Assembly: GCA_964016885.1 (NCBI GenBank)
Contig: OZ024744.1
Coordinates: 69,068,001 to 69,132,000, forward strand
Source: Eledone cirrhosa
Taxonomy: Eukaryota
Direction of reading: 5' to 3'
Length of the DNA: 64,000 nucleotides
Part shown: positions 42,935 to 56,950 of the stretch, piece after piece
Numbering within the stretch: position 1 is the stretch's first letter
Layout: each line of letters begins with the position of its first letter
The notes under the pieces: model-generated
The model's input: only the letters and a program-made list of their open reading frames with translations
Databases searched by the model: none
Told to the model about the DNA's origin: nothing
Program-made: the position numbers and the translations under genes

Positions 42935-44216
42935 GTATATATAAATATATGTATGTATGTATCATCACCATCATCTTCGTTTAACGTCCATTTTCCACAC
43001 TAGCATGGGTTATATGTACATATATGTATATATACATGTTTATGTATGTACACATAAGCATATGTAAATATGTGTACATATACAGATTAATATTAATATG
43101 TGTGTGATATAGATCGAGAGAGAGAGAGGGAGGAGAGAGGGGGAGAGAGAGATAGGTGGGGAGAAAGAGAGAACTGTGTTTGTTGATTTGTTGAATTACT
43201 ATTTGAAAGCAAATATGCGTTCATATTTACTTTATGCTTGAAACAGAAATGCAAAACCAATATTTTGTAACAGATAACTTCATTATGTGACAAGTGTCAA
43301 ATAGCTGGTTCTATTAACTAGTCCAATCTCAAATGTGATGTTTACATACCTACATTCATAGTTATATAATATTCACATACGTATTCCTATTTCTATTCAG
43401 TATCAAAACACGAAACATATAGAACGTATAAAACTGGCATTCCGTAGGATTGCGTCTTTTACGACGACGAGTGTTCCAGTTGATGCAATTAAAACTGATC
43501 AGCCTGCTCGGGAAAATTAACGTGCAAATGTTTGAGCATTCCACAAATATGCGTGTACCATTAACATAGTTCTTAGGGAGATTTAGTGTGACTCATAACT
43601 GACAAGCTGGATCCTTCGATTTACAGTTGCAACTCATTTTTGCCAGCTGAATAGCCTAGAAAATTGTGAAATGAAGTGTCTTGCTCAAGGACACAATGCA
43701 TCCACGGGAATCGAAGTCACAACTGTAAACCGAATACCCTGCCAATTAAGCCACGCACCTTTACTCATAAAAAGTATAAAATACATTTTATTTTTAACAT
43801 AAACACTTATCACATTCGCTGTCAATATAGAAGAAATATATATAAATTTGATATGTCTATAACCAAATTTTCCCTTCTGCCAAATCGTTTAAACCAACTT
43901 CTCATTTCTTTATGTAATACGCAAAATTAGGAATCCTATATTCCTCAGAGTCCTTGCTAAAGGTAAAACACTAATGACTTCTGAGAACTGATTCATTCAC
44001 TCCTGCAGAGCAAAAGTCATTTCTATATGAAATAAATATGTACCTTCCCTATTAATTTTTTTTTTTGTACGATATTAAATTGTGGAAAACGGGAAAACTT
44101 TAATTATATATGTGTGTGTATGTGTGTGTGGGGGGGGGTCTGTGTGTGAGTCCCGGGTTTAATCGGTGGTAAACCCAGTAAGTAATGTACTCAATACATA
44201 ACAGAGTATATATAAT

Positions 44217-44347
44217 ATTTAATATAGAAATGGCTTCTCCAGGACTAGAACTGTTTCATTTGAAGGAAATCATCAGGATGGCTCTCCCTGGTGATTTCCT
44301 TCGAATGAAACAGTTCTAGTCCTGTAGAAGCCATTTCTATATTAAAT
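44217..44347. mobile_element. Fold-back cassette consisting almost entirely of two inverted HHRs (family of 16835-16885)
   Basis: CTG(A/G)TGA-TTTCCTTCGAAT-GAAA-CAGTTCTAGTCCTG-TA-GAAGCC in both orientations, each arm with a different lesion. Confidence 0.75.
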
Positions 44348-44578
44348 CTTATATATATATATATATATATTGTGAAGACGCGTGGCCGAGTGTTTAGAGA
44401 CTTGGATTCGCAATCGTCAAGTTGTGAAGCGAGCAATGCGTTATGTCCTTGAGCAAGAACTTTATTTCACGTTGCTCCTTCTACCTGGAGTTGCGACCGA
44501 TAGATAGTATTAGCAATTGGAAAGACCAACGGAAACATTGTTTCTTCGGTCTGTCTTGACGAAAGTCGATCGACTGTG

Positions 44579-44612
<34 letters not shown>

Positions 44613-44651
44613 CGTGTGTGTTCTGTGTGTGTGTTTTTGAACCATTTTGAA

Positions 44652-44839
44652 ATAACTGTTTCTACTTTTCGCACAAGGCCAGCAATTATCCCAGTGTATT
44701 ACTGGTACTTTATTTTATCGACCCCGTAAGGATGAAAGGCAAAGTTAACCTCGGCGGGATTTGAACTCAGACCATAAAGGGCCGTAACTCTTTGCTGCAA
44801 AGCATGGCGTCCGACCCTCTACCGATACTGTCAATCCAC
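44652..44839 (-). mobile_element. Same SINE family; further copies near 21735-21880, 24815-24910, 49450-49542, 50105-50297, 55535-55742 and 57010-57116
   Basis: Shared core ATCGACCCCGTAAGGATGAAAGGCAAAG. Confidence 0.8.
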
Positions 44840-45122
44840 AGTCATAACGTTTGTTTAAAATGTTTAAAAGAAACGTTATTTCAACACTGGATATAACATC
44901 ACTCTTTATTATATGGTGCAGTAAAGGAGAGGTTAAACTTCGTGACAATAAACCATGAAGACTGTTGTTCAAGAGGTGTGGTACATATGTGCACTGATCA
45001 TTTATTAGCAGTAAATCGAAAGAAAGTGCAGTTGGTCCTACACAACACATCTTCATCACTTTAAACAAATCATCAGTGTGATAGTTGAGAGATCGTTGAC
45101 TTAATATCAGCGATCTTCGTTA

Positions 45123-45195
<73 letters not shown>

Positions 45196-45483
45196 AGAGA
45201 GAGAGAGAGAGAGAGAGAACACTGGAAGGTAATATCCATAGTGGTAGAGCACTCAGTACATTGGACGAGTTAGGTAGAAGTGGTTACACAACAGTTAGTT
45301 CACCATACCGAGAACAATTGTTTCACCTTAGCGGATCCTCAATCGAGGGGAACCACAGTAAGTAAGGTAGTCAATAACACAGGAGAGTATATATATAATA
45401 TTTAATATTGAAATCCTTCGAATGAAACAGTTCTAGTCCTGTAGAAGCAATTTCTGTATTAAATATTATTAAATTATTGTTTA

Positions 45484-45521
45484 CGAGCTGAGGATCCGCT
45501 AAGGTGAAACAATTGTTCTCG
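45484..45521 (+). ncRNA. Minimal type I hammerhead ribozyme within fold-back 45275-45555
   Basis: CGAG-CTGAGGA-TCC(gctaa)GGT-GAAA-CAATTG-TT-CTCG, with an inverted copy at about 45308-45345. Confidence 0.82.
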
Positions 45522-45599
45522 GTATGGTGAACTGACTGTTGTGTAACCACTTCTATATATATATATATATCACCTTGATCTCCTTGACCGACCAGTCAG

Positions 45600-45970
45600 T
45601 CGGGCGCCATTCGGCGCCGCTGGTCACAGCACGTACTGTTTTAGCCATAAGATGACACCATCCCACTGGCTGGGTGGGCAGGCCGTATGTCTAAAGCCTG
45701 TCTTAAGCCAGAAGGCTCATTTGGCCGGTGCTTATCCCGGTTCCATGGCGTGAAGCGACTGAGAGTACAAGACTCCCCCCTGGACAGGACGCCAGTCCAT
45801 CGCAGGCTTAAACATCCAGCTATTACTGGTACTTATTTTCAGCTAAGTAAATTGGAGCAACGTGAAATAAAGTGTCTTGCTCAAGGAAACAACACATCAC
45901 CCGGTCCGAGAATTGAACTCACAACCTTTCGATTGCAAGCCTACTGATCTAACCACTAAGCCATGCGCCT
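45600..45970 (-). mobile_element. Second tRNA-derived SINE family; fragments near 43620-43760, 44375-44480 and 52585-52670
   Basis: On the minus strand: A box TGGCTTAGTGG, B box GAGTTCAATTC, then CCTTGAGCAAGACACTT. Confidence 0.7.
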
Positions 45971-46856
45971 ATATATATATATGAAAAGAGTCAGGACCCC
46001 GACGGCTGAGCTCCGGCCGTTTCGATAGCTAGATCCGAACTCACTTTAACTGTCGAAACAGACGGAGCTCTTATATATATAAGTACCTGTATATGTTACT
46101 GTTGTAACTAATTATACTTAACTCATCCTATGGACTGAGTGCTCTTACCATTTGATATTTCCACCAAGCTTATACTACAGTATGTATACATATATGTATA
46201 TATAATAAGAAAGAGCGAAAAGTGGGGAGAGAAACAGTTAAGTATATCTGCTTAAGATTTTTACTTTCCTTTTGGCATGAATAATGATAAAATAAATAAG
46301 CCGTTTGTAAGACATTCTCTCATTCCACCATATTAAACTCACTTATCATCCCTAGGTATACACACATTTGGCGAACATGCAGAGTGAATCTTTGAAGATG
46401 TATTAGGTTTAGTTATCATTGGAATTCAATCCGGACAGGAAGCTACATAGTCCCGCATACCATTGCTTTAGTAATTGGTTAACTATTTCACAGATTTTAG
46501 TATTTCACTTTGATAAATGGTTTAAATGTCTTGTTGTGTCTACTTAGTAGTGTACTAATTTTCATATGCTGTTTATAAACTCAGTCGACCTAAAATGTTA
46601 CTTATGTAGATCAACCCAGGGGTTGTTACTGTAAATTACTCTCGATAATGATATTGTATCCTTATTCTGACAGCGATGTCTAAACTCTTTGTATCTGTAA
46701 ATAAAAGTTAATACGTTATATAAATCGCAAGTGTCTTGTCATCCCAGCTTCGTCTTCGTAAGAGTGGCGACACTTATGTGTATATCTGAAGAAGTGTATC
46801 ATCAACGCGTCGACAACAACAACAACAACAACAATCCAACCAACAGTAACAGCAGC

Positions 46857-47306
46857 AAGAAGAAGAAGAAGAAGAAGAAGAAGAAGAAGAAGAAGAAGAA
46901 GAAGAAGAAGAAGAAGAAGAAGAAGAAGAAGAAGAAGAAGAAGAAGAAGAAGAAGAAGAAGAAGAAGAAGAAGAAGAAGAAGAAGAAGAAGAAGAAGAAG
47001 AAGAAGAAGAAGAAGAAGAAGAAGAAGAAGAAGAAGAAGGAGGAGAAGAAGAAGAAGAAGAAGAAGAAGAAGAAGAAGAAGAAGAAGAAGAAGAAGAAGA
47101 AGAAGAAGAAGAAGAAGAAGAAGAAGAAGAAGAAGAAGAAGAAGAAGAAGAAGAAGAAGAAGAAGAAGAAGAAGAAGAAGAAGAAGAAGAAGAAGAAGAA
47201 GAAGAAGAAGAAGAAGAAGAAGAAGAAGAAGAAGAAGAAGAAGAAGAAGAAGAAGAAGAAGAAGAAGAAGAAGAAGAAGAAGAAGAAGAAGAAGAAAAAG
47301 AAGAAG
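46857..47306. repeat. (AAG)~150 microsatellite
   Basis: Direct reading, with two small interruptions. Confidence 0.95.
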
Positions 47307-48027
47307 ATAATTATTGTAGTTATGATATAATGCATAGTTGAAAACAAAAGACCTCCATAAAAATAAGTGTCTTGAGAAGAATAAAAGAAAGCGAGACAAC
47401 ATCACAACTATAGAAATACACAACATACAGATAATGTAATTATTAGATACTGTACACGTATTACGTAGAGTAATACAAAAGAATGTAATAGAAAATGTAT
47501 GTATGTGTGTGTATGTATGTGTGTGTGTGTATGTATGTATGTACGTGTATGTGTGCGTCCGGGCATTCTTCTAGAAGAAGGCAACTCAGGAAACTGGAGT
47601 AACTCTGACTTAAAACCTGCGGCTCAGTAGTTACCGATGATGTTGATCTTTTCTTCTGTTCGGGTTATAGCTACTGTCGCTCAGAGAGTGGGATTGGCTC
47701 AGTGCACAACCTTTCCTCACTTAAAAAAGAATCTTCACACACAGGCATTGCACAATATCATTAATTGATGATTATTAATGATGTTATATCGTGCAATGGC
47801 CATACTCGATAACGAGGGGGCAGCCATCATCATGTATATATTTATGTATGATCCCATAACTCCTGATAGAGTCGTAGGGATGCCGTATTGTCATACGGCG
47901 TTTCTTGGGCATTTAAAGACTGGCGGAGTACATCCCTCTCCAGGTCTGAGTACATCTGAGTACAGCAGATTTCTTCCAGAGATAGATAGAAAGTGAGAGA
48001 GAAGAAATGAGAAAGAGATATAGAGGA

Positions 48028-48104
<77 letters not shown>

Positions 48105-48193
48105 CAAGGAAGGTGTGGTAAGAAACCAAGTGGACCATAATGCACCAGAGTACTTGATACACAGGGTAGTAGAGTGGGTAATAGGAATCGTTT

Positions 48194-48221
<28 letters not shown>

Positions 48222-48226
<5 letters not shown>

Positions 48227-48750
48227 GAGGGGACATGGAGATTGGGCGAAATTTTCATTTTCCCCATTTCGTCTTTTAAATAGGCCTGGAATAGTGTGTT
48301 GGCTCTACGAAATTTTATGCCTCTGATCAATTTGAAGAGGTCTTCCTTAAAAGGTACAAGTGGGTTGTTGGTGGGTGGTGCCTTATTCGTTTTGAAACCG
48401 AACTTCTCATCATTGGTAGATGCTACATCAGGGTGGTCGAAGAAGAAGGCTCTACATCTAATAGGCTTAATGAACTCGTCTATACATCTGTTGAGAGTTG
48501 TTAAGTATTGTTCCCTTGGAGGGATCGGGATATTCTTCAAGGAGATATCGATATCGACACAACCCACCAACAGATACTTGTACCTTTTAAGGAAGATCTC
48601 TTCAAATTCATCAGGGACATATAATTTCGTAGAGCCAACACACCATTCCAAGCCTATTTAAAAGATGAAATTCGGAAATTGAAAATTTCCCCCAATCTCC
48701 ATGTCCTCTCCGATAAAACCCAAAACGTATATGAGGTGGACTTACCGACC
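48222..48750. mobile_element. Fold-back fragment of a Nematis-like PLE N-terminal coding region between (TA)n tracts
   Basis: The minus strand reads ISLKNIPIPP...IRCRAFFF...FGFKT...VPSD. The plus strand 48575-48750 repeats LVPFKEDLFK...VLSDKTQNVYEV. Confidence 0.8.
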
Positions 48751-48789
<39 letters not shown>

Positions 48790-49651
48790 ACGGTCCCGTA
48801 ACTCCTGATAGAGTCGTAGGGGCGCCGTATTGACATACGGCGTTTCTTGGACATTTTAAGCCCGGCGGAGCCTAGCCTTTTACAGATTTCTTCCAGAGAA
48901 TGATAGAAAGTGAGAAAGAGGAAATGAGGAAGATATATAGAGGAAAGAATCGACGCCAGTACTAGACTGGGCCTTTTTTTATCGACCTCGAAGGGATGAA
49001 AGACAAAGTTAACCTTGGTGGGAGGGGTTTGAAGTCAGAGAGCAAAGAGAGCCGGAACGAATACTATAAAGCATTTTATCTGACGTTCTAACGACTCCGC
49101 CAATTCGCCGCCGTAATAGAAAATACAAAGCTGAAAAAAAAAAAAAATTCAGGAAACTCGCATGTACATATCTGCCATTGGATGTGTAACGAAATGACGC
49201 AAGAAATACATAATTTCTAAAAGTTATTTACAGGTTACCTACAGAGATAGTTATAGATATACTTCAGAAGATGGTAATACTACGACCTCTAATACTAAAC
49301 GGAAAGGATTTCACACTGACATTTTTTAACGGCGAATGTTTTTGTTTTTTTTTGTTTTAGGTGTGTGTGTGTGGGGGGGGGGGGTACCTTCGCCATTGCT
49401 GTTAAACTTGAACTATTTTATGTCTATTATCTATTCAATATTTTCTTAAATCCCGCCAAGGTTTCAACCTTACGGGTCGATAAAATAAAGTACCAGTAAT
49501 ACACTGGGATAATTACTGGCCTTGTGCCAAAAGTAGAAACAAATATTTTCTTATTCTTAGATAATCTTTATGTATATTCCGCAAGATAAACTCTATTCAT
49601 TTTTTATTAAGAAAAAGAAAAAGGATGTCTTGAAATATTTAGCAAAGCATA

Positions 49652-50001
49652 GATGATGATGATGATGATGATTGCACTGGCGGTGGTGGTGGTGGTGGTG
49701 GTGGTGGTGATCGTTGTGGTGTTGGTGACGATGATGATGATGATGGTGATTAAGAGGATGATGATGATGATCATGATGATCATGATCATGATCATGATCA
49801 TGATCATGACGATCATGATGATTAAGAGGATGATGATGATCATGATGATCATGATGATCATGATGATTAAGAGGGTGATCATGATGCTGAGGACGTTGAT
49901 GATGATCATGATGTTGATCATTAAGATGATGATGATTAAGATGATGATGATGATGATGATGACGATGACGGCAACGACGACGATGCTACTGCTGCTGCTG
50001 G

Positions 50002-50037
<36 letters not shown>

Positions 50038-50083
50038 GGAGGAGGAGGAGGAGGAGGAGGAGGGGGGAGGAGGAGGAGGAGGA
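49652..50083. repeat. Compound trinucleotide tract (GAT/GGT/GATCAT/GGA)
   Basis: Direct reading. Confidence 0.9.
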
Positions 50084-50469
50084 CAAAACAACAATAATTG
50101 CGACGACGATAAAAATAATGGCCAACAATTTTGCGAGAGGGGAAAGTCGATTAAATTGATCCCAGTGTGTTACTGGTACTTTATTTCATTTTCGTAAGCA
50201 TGAAAGGCAAAGCTAATCACGGCGGGATTTGAACGTAAAGGGTGGTAAATGCAAAGCATGTTGTCCGATCCTCTACCGAAAATGCAAATCCACCGCCAAA
50301 CAGTATTTTTCGCCATAAACAAAAATATACACTTTCGTAATTATGTGCACCTGGAACTGGTCTCATTGCTGGCTGTTTTCATAGAACAGAAAAGAAGGCA
50401 CAACGAGTTGGACTTAACATCAACTATAACAAAACGTCAGTCCTAGGCCTTAACACCAACATAAGTGAC

Positions 50470-51080
50470 ATAGAAATGCCAAATGGCCAGGCAGATCATT
50501 GTACTCGTTGAAGACTTTAAATATCTTGGCTTCAAAGTCAGCTCTTCGTTTGATAGTTCCAAACAACACCTTGCAATAGTCTTTGACATATTCTGGCAAT
50601 CTCAAAACATATAGAAGTCACGCAAAATTACAATAAATCTAAAACTACAATCTTTTACTCCCTCATCCTGTCTATATTGTTTTATGGATCCGAGTCATGG
50701 ACAGTTACCAAATGTATGACGAATATGCTGAACTCTTTTAGTACCATCTGTTACAAGCACATTCTCGCCGTTAAACGAACTTGCCATGTCAAAAATAAAG
50801 ATATTTTATAAATAGTCAACAGCCAGCCACTGATCATCAACCATTACATATGACAGCTAAGAACCTTAGGACATTGCCTAAGAGTAAATAGCAGCTCAGT
50901 ATCAGGATTCGATCTCTACCATCCAGAGAATGGCAAGAATAGGCGAGGCCGCCTAGGAAAAAGAAAAAAGCCTTCATCAAACATATAGAAGACATTACGA
51001 ACAAACACGTTGATGAAGTCAGAGCACTTGCCTTAAACCGGGAAGAGTGGGCGAGAAGTATAGTTGGGCTGTATGACACA
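50470..51080 (+). pseudogene. Decayed RTE-like RT C-terminal fragment
   Basis: VEDF*YLG...SILFYGSESWTVTK...CYKHILAVK, read across frameshifts. Confidence 0.6.
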
Positions 51081-51138
51081 CTTACTCCCGTAAAAGAAAA
51101 AGAATGTTTTACAAAATCTCTCTCTCTCTCTTTCTCTC

Positions 51139-51247
<109 letters not shown>

Positions 51248-51280
51248 ACACGGGTGTGTATGATTGTGTATAGAAGATTA

Positions 51281-51645
51281 TATTAATAAGAGGAATTCCA
51301 ACTTTGTCTGATTTACTCGTTTTATTTACAATCCTTTAAAATTTATAATGGTATTATAATGAAATAGTATGATAGAATATTAAATGTTAAGTGTTAATTG
51401 AACAAGTACTTTCATGCTTTCGCAATCTTCAGTGACAGTCATGTTTGCAATTTTTGAAAATTGCAAACATGACTGTCACCACACATTATGAACCTGAAGA
51501 TTGCGAAAGCATGAAAGTACTTGTTCAATTAACACTTAACATTTAATATTCTATCATACTATTTCATTATAATACCGTTATACATTTTAAAGGATTGAAA
51601 ATAAAACGAGTAAATCAGACAAAGTTGGAATTCCTCTTATTAATA
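51281..51645. mobile_element. pLTR-like fold-back cassette with an HHR at 51489-51527 (+); the right arm is also present at 81-272
   Basis: Inverted arms of about 170-190 bp centred near 51455, with TA at both ends. Confidence 0.8.
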
Positions 51646-53214
51646 TATATATATATATATGATGCGAAGAAATACCAATGATAGTCAGCAGATCACTGAT
51701 GATGGACAGTCCCGTTTCTCGGTCTATTTTCATATATAAAAGTCCTTTAATGATAATGCTGTGATACATATTTCAATGGTGACAGTGGCCACACGGTTAA
51801 ACGACTTTAACATCTGAAACTACTTCGCTTTTTCTTTCTCCCCTTACTATTTACTTACAAATGTACTCTTCCTGTTCTTCACAGACGCCCTGCTGCTGTG
51901 CTGAGAAAGTAAAAGAGGTAAAAAGAGAGAGAGAGAGTGAGATCAAAGAAATACATCATCATCATCTTACGCTTTCACGTCAACCTGATTAGCTACCTTT
52001 AATCAAAGATTAGGAGAAAATTAGTGACAGAAAATTAGTATGTTTATTTAAGTGATCGCCACCGGAAGTGTTGACATCATACACTCTCTCTTTCTATATA
52101 TATGGTAGTTGAAGTGATGGTGGTGGCGACGATATAGCGGAAGTGCAACTTTGAAAAGAAGTCAATTTTAAATTATTTATTTTTACGAAATTATTTTTGT
52201 TTACGAAATTGAGTAGATAAATTATGTAATATTCATGCATTATTTATTCAAAGTAAACCAACTTATTTTACTAACGGGGTAAACAAAAAATAAACCGTAC
52301 GCAGTCCCGCAGACCTTCCTTTATTATAGTTTAGATAATCTGCACTGGAAGTGGAGAAGTAAATTTTAAAAAAACCATTGTGTATCCGTGTGTAGTGAAA
52401 ATCGTGGATTTAAGTTCTGGACTGGAGGGTACATTGTGTTCTTGAACAAGACCCTTCATTTCACGTTGCTTTTCATGATAGGCTTGTGATCCCTACCATT
52501 AAAACCAACCCATCCACCCCACCCACCCCTAAAAAATCATGTGATGCAATCAAGAAAAAGGTCATCTAAATATTATAAATTTGCTTGGCTTAATGGTTAG
52601 GGTGTTCAGCTCACGATTTCATGACCGTGAGTTCGATTCCCGGCGGCACGTTGTGTCCTTGAGCAAAGAAAGTACTCTCAGCTGGTTAAAACGAGTCGCA
52701 GCTGTATCTTAAATCAGATAATGTGTAATACAAAATCTCCTTGAGAACTACTTTGATGAAACACGTGTTAGTGAAATACTCAGTCAAAAGTACATTAAGT
52801 TCGTAAGCAGGCTGATCCGTTAGAACACTACCCGTCGAGACCGACGGAGATCCAACCCAAATGTATGTCTGTATGTTTATGTGCAAATATTCGCATGTGT
52901 ATAAGTGAGTCAGTTTTCAATTAATTTTTTTGTTTTGACACTTGGAAATCAAATGCTGAATATTTTCATAGTATGTAGAAATATAAAATATGTTAGTATG
53001 TTTGTGTGCAGGTATATATGTGGGTGTCTGTGTATGAATGTGTGTGAATGTGTATGTATATGATAAATAAATAATCCCATGTTTAAAAACTATTAAAATT
53101 TTACCCTCATCATCTTTGTTTATGAATATATATACATGAGTCTATATATGTGTTTGTGAATGAGTGTGCGCATGCGCATCACTATATGCTTTTGTGTATA
53201 AACGTGTAAATATT

Positions 53215-53815
53215 TCTTCTTCTTCTTCTTCTTCTTCTTCTTCTTCTTCTTCTTCTTCTTCTTCTTCTTCTTCTTCTTCTTCTTCTTCTTCTTCTTCTTC
53301 TTCTTCTTCTTCTTCTTCTTCTTCTTCTTTGCCCACTCATCCCTGAGAGGGTTGTTGGGGCAGAGTCCTCAAACACTCCTTCAAGCGGATCGTATCAGGA
53401 GCAACCGTCTTCAGTTGATCCGGCTGGATCCCCATGTGAGACCAGCCAAGCTCCTGGATGTTATCCAACCATCTTGCTCAGAGTCTACACTTGGGTCTCT
53501 TGCCGGTTGTCGAGCGATTCTTTCCTCTGACATTCTAACCATATGCCCATAGTATCGGAGCTGTGATCTCTCTATTCCGAGAAGTAGCGGCTTCTACCTG
53601 GAGTGACTTTCTAACCTCCAAGCTACGCACTCTATCGAGTAACGTTACTCAAAAGACCCTGCGGAGGAACCCCATTTCGACTGTTAGTATTCACGGTCGT
53701 ATTCTTTCGGTCATTACCCAAGATTCATGACCATAGGTAAGGGTTGACACGAATACAGAATTGAAGATAGAGAGTTTGGCTTTTACACCTACCTCCCTTC
53801 TTCTGATAATCGAGG
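53215..53815 (-). mobile_element. RTE-clade LINE 3' fragment with a (GAA)n tail
   Basis: KAKLSIFNSVFVSTLTYGHESWVMTE...EMGFLRRV, with (TTC)n at 53215-53330. Confidence 0.75.
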
Positions 53816-53934
53816 GTCGATGAACAGTGCTAAGCCCCAATCTGTCTTTCTCTGAAAGAAATTGTCTGTTTTCTGAGCCGGAAACAGATGAGCTCTGCCA
53901 AGTTTGATATGCCCAAGTTTGATATGCTCCATAA

Positions 53935-55205
53935 AAATAAATAATAATGAAATTATTGTGTAAAGTGCTCAGGTGCACTACAACTCGTCAATATAGTACA
54001 TAGAATAATACACAAATGTCAGGGAAGTACATGTGTGTATGTGTTAGCTGTAGTGTTGGCGGATCTCGGGAATCATGGAGGCCTTAAAGGATGCAGTGTC
54101 TCGACAGCTAACAACTGACGCAGGTAGTTTGTTCCATGCTTCAGCAACTCTGAGCGTGAAAAAATGTTTCCGAAAGTCATGGGAACTGTGCTGTTTTCTT
54201 ACTTTGTGGGCATGTCCACGTGTGTTAGACACATGGAAATCAAAAAGGTACTCAGGGTTGTTGTTGGCAACATGGTTAACAATTTTGTGGGTGTTTACCA
54301 AGTCAGTTGCCAGACGTCGGAGCTTCAATGAATCCATGCCCAGGGAAGCAAGGCGCTCAGAGTATGGTAGATGCCTGATGGAGGGTATTCGCTTGGTTGC
54401 ACATCTCTGAACAGTTTCCAGGCGGTCAATGTCCTGAGCAAGATGGGGGTTCCAGACTGGTGATGCAAATTCTAAGTGTGGTCGCACCATAGTGGTATAC
54501 AGCCTTAAATAGATATCTGGAGAGCGGCTGACAAAGGTCTTGCTGAGTGATGCTAAGACACCCTCGGCCCTCTTGACAATCTTAGAGACGTGCCTCGTCC
54601 AACGCAAATCGCTGCTGACCGTAATGCCCAGGTCACGTTCACAGGAAGACTTCTTGATATTAGTGCTGTGGAGGGAGTATGTGGACGCTGGGTTTTTACT
54701 CCCAAAATGCATGGTGGTGCACTTGTCCACAGCTAGCTTGAGTTGCCAGTCTGAGATCCATTGCTGCATTGTGTCCAGGTCAGACTGCAAGCAAGATCTA
54801 TAGTGTTCAGGATCTGTCCTTTTTATCTCAAGGTACAGCTTGATGTCGTCTGCATACTTTAGTACTGTGGCATTCCTTAAGTTGGCATCTATGTCATTAA
54901 TATATGCCACAAACAAAAGGGGGCCAAGAACAGATCCCTGTGGTACACCAGATGACATCTCATATGGTGAGGAATGCTGTCCCAGAACCGTGACTACCTC
55001 TCTTCGACTGAGAATGAAGGACTTCAACCAGTTAAAAAGATCATCCTTCACACCCATTGCAGAGAGTTTTGCCATAAGCCTTTTGTGTGGCACAGAATTG
55101 AAGGCCTTCGCAAAGTCAAGGTAAACAACATCCACCCATGAGCCGCCATCAGTGATCCGGGTGACGTCCTCAAGAAACTCTATAAGTTGATCACAGCAGC
55201 TGGAG
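53935..55205 (-). mobile_element. 5'-truncated CR1-group LINE; RT ORF 54044..55135
   Basis: DVVYLDFAKAFNSVPH, SGVPQGSVLGPLLF, KYADDIKLY, ERDLGITV, RPHLEFASPVWNPH, HFFTLRVAEAWNKLP. Confidence 0.93.
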
Positions 55206-55949
55206 TTGGGGATTTAGAAACTTAAAAGAATCAAAAGAATTAAAAGAATTAAAAGAAATTAATCCATCCCAATATATGTAATACTTACGAAAGCATAGAC
55301 CAAGTTTCTGAAAACCTGACGAATTCGACAAGGATCTCATTTTAACAATAGCTGTACAAAACCAGAATTTTCTAAATGGATTTCCTCCGTGGATTCAATA
55401 TATCAATCACATGACTGATATTTATTCAAATATAGCTGTATAGAGAAATCTGACACGACACATAGAATCATGACAGCTGACATTTGAAACTTCAACTTAG
55501 CAGTATCGGTACAGCGTCAGATAAAATAATGGTTTCGGGTTTAGGCAAAAAGCAAGCAATTTGGGGGAAGAGAAAATCGATTAAATCGACCCCAGTTCAT
55601 TACTGTCATTATTGGTAAATATTTTATCGTCACCGTAAGGATGAAAGGCAAAGCTAACCTCGGCGGGATTTGACCTCAGAATGTAACTCTATGCTACGAA
55701 GCATGGTGTCTGACCCTCTAACGATACTGTTAATCCATCGCCCTCAGTTAAAATAAACTTTCTGGTAGTGGTGGTGCTGGTGATGGTGGTGCTGGTGATG
55801 GTGCTGATGTTGGTGGTGGGGGTGGGGGTGATGGTGCTGTTGGTGGTGGTGGAGCTGGTGGAGCTGGTGCTGGTAGTAGTGGTACTGGTGCTGGTAGTGG
55901 TGCTGATGCTGGGAGTGTGGGGGGGGGGGGGTTGATGTAGGTCATAGAA

Positions 55950-56950
55950 GCCTTAGGCTTTAGCATTTTATTCTTTTTCTCTCTTCTTTTGAGGGCCAAT
56001 CAGAGAGTTTTGTTTTTTTCTTTTTGTGTACGTGTCTGTAGCAGGTGGTTTTTCCGCTCCTACTCCTCGCCTCAATTCATATCCTTGGGTGTCGGTGTTG
56101 TTGAGTTCTCGTTGGTGTTGAGGTGGTTCTGCTGTTGCAACTGCAGATATTTTTACTGCTTCTGCTGCTCCTGCGGCTGTTGATTTAACAGTTTGTGGTT
56201 TCGGTGAAGATGCTACCGTCGTCGCCTTCACATTTGGCAGGGAATGTTTTGACTAATTTACTGCTTCTGTTGTTGTTGTTATTGTAGTCGCCGGTGCTAC
56301 TTGTTTTGTTTGTTTCCATGCCTATGGTGACGACAGTAGTAGTTTTTTTTTTGTGGCTAGTTGTGGAATTTTAAGTGAATATTTTAGTGCGTGGTAGCAC
56401 CACATGTGTGATATCGTGGTTTTCTCTCTTCCATCATTTATGCCCAATGGGTATCGTCTAGAAGGCCGATCGATCACCTTAGAGATGGAGTCCAGAGATT
56501 ATTCGTCAGTTTGGATCAAGAGCTCCATCCCAGTTCCACGCCAGTTCTCTGTTCTCATCTTCTGGACTTCGAGGACGGTTGTACAATCCGCAATGTGCCG
56601 GTGGTGGCAGCCGCTGTTAGCCAATGTTATACTATTAACCCTGACTTTGGCCAATCTTTTCCCTCCATATGATGGTACAAGTATCAATTCCTCACTCATT
56701 AATATTGTGATTGGGAGTGATTTCACCTCCTTGGTGGTGGCAAATCTCATTTCAACCGTAACATAGCTATTCCCTAAGCGTATGTGTGTTTCTACTCTCA
56801 CACACGCCCATGGGACTTTTGTGAGATGGATTCGAAGGAGCGTCCGACCTTCCGTAAATGTGCACCTATAGTTCTGTATGTAACAGTGAAAGACGACTTT
56901 CGTCGATTACGTTTTGTGGGGTTTGGAGGGCAACTCTATGGCTGTTTTTT
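55950..56950 (-). pseudogene. Possible decayed L1/Tx1-type ORF1
   Basis: Degenerate zinc knuckle RKPRYHTCGATTH near 56390-56430, followed by a low-complexity Ala/Thr/Lys tail. Weak. Confidence 0.35.
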
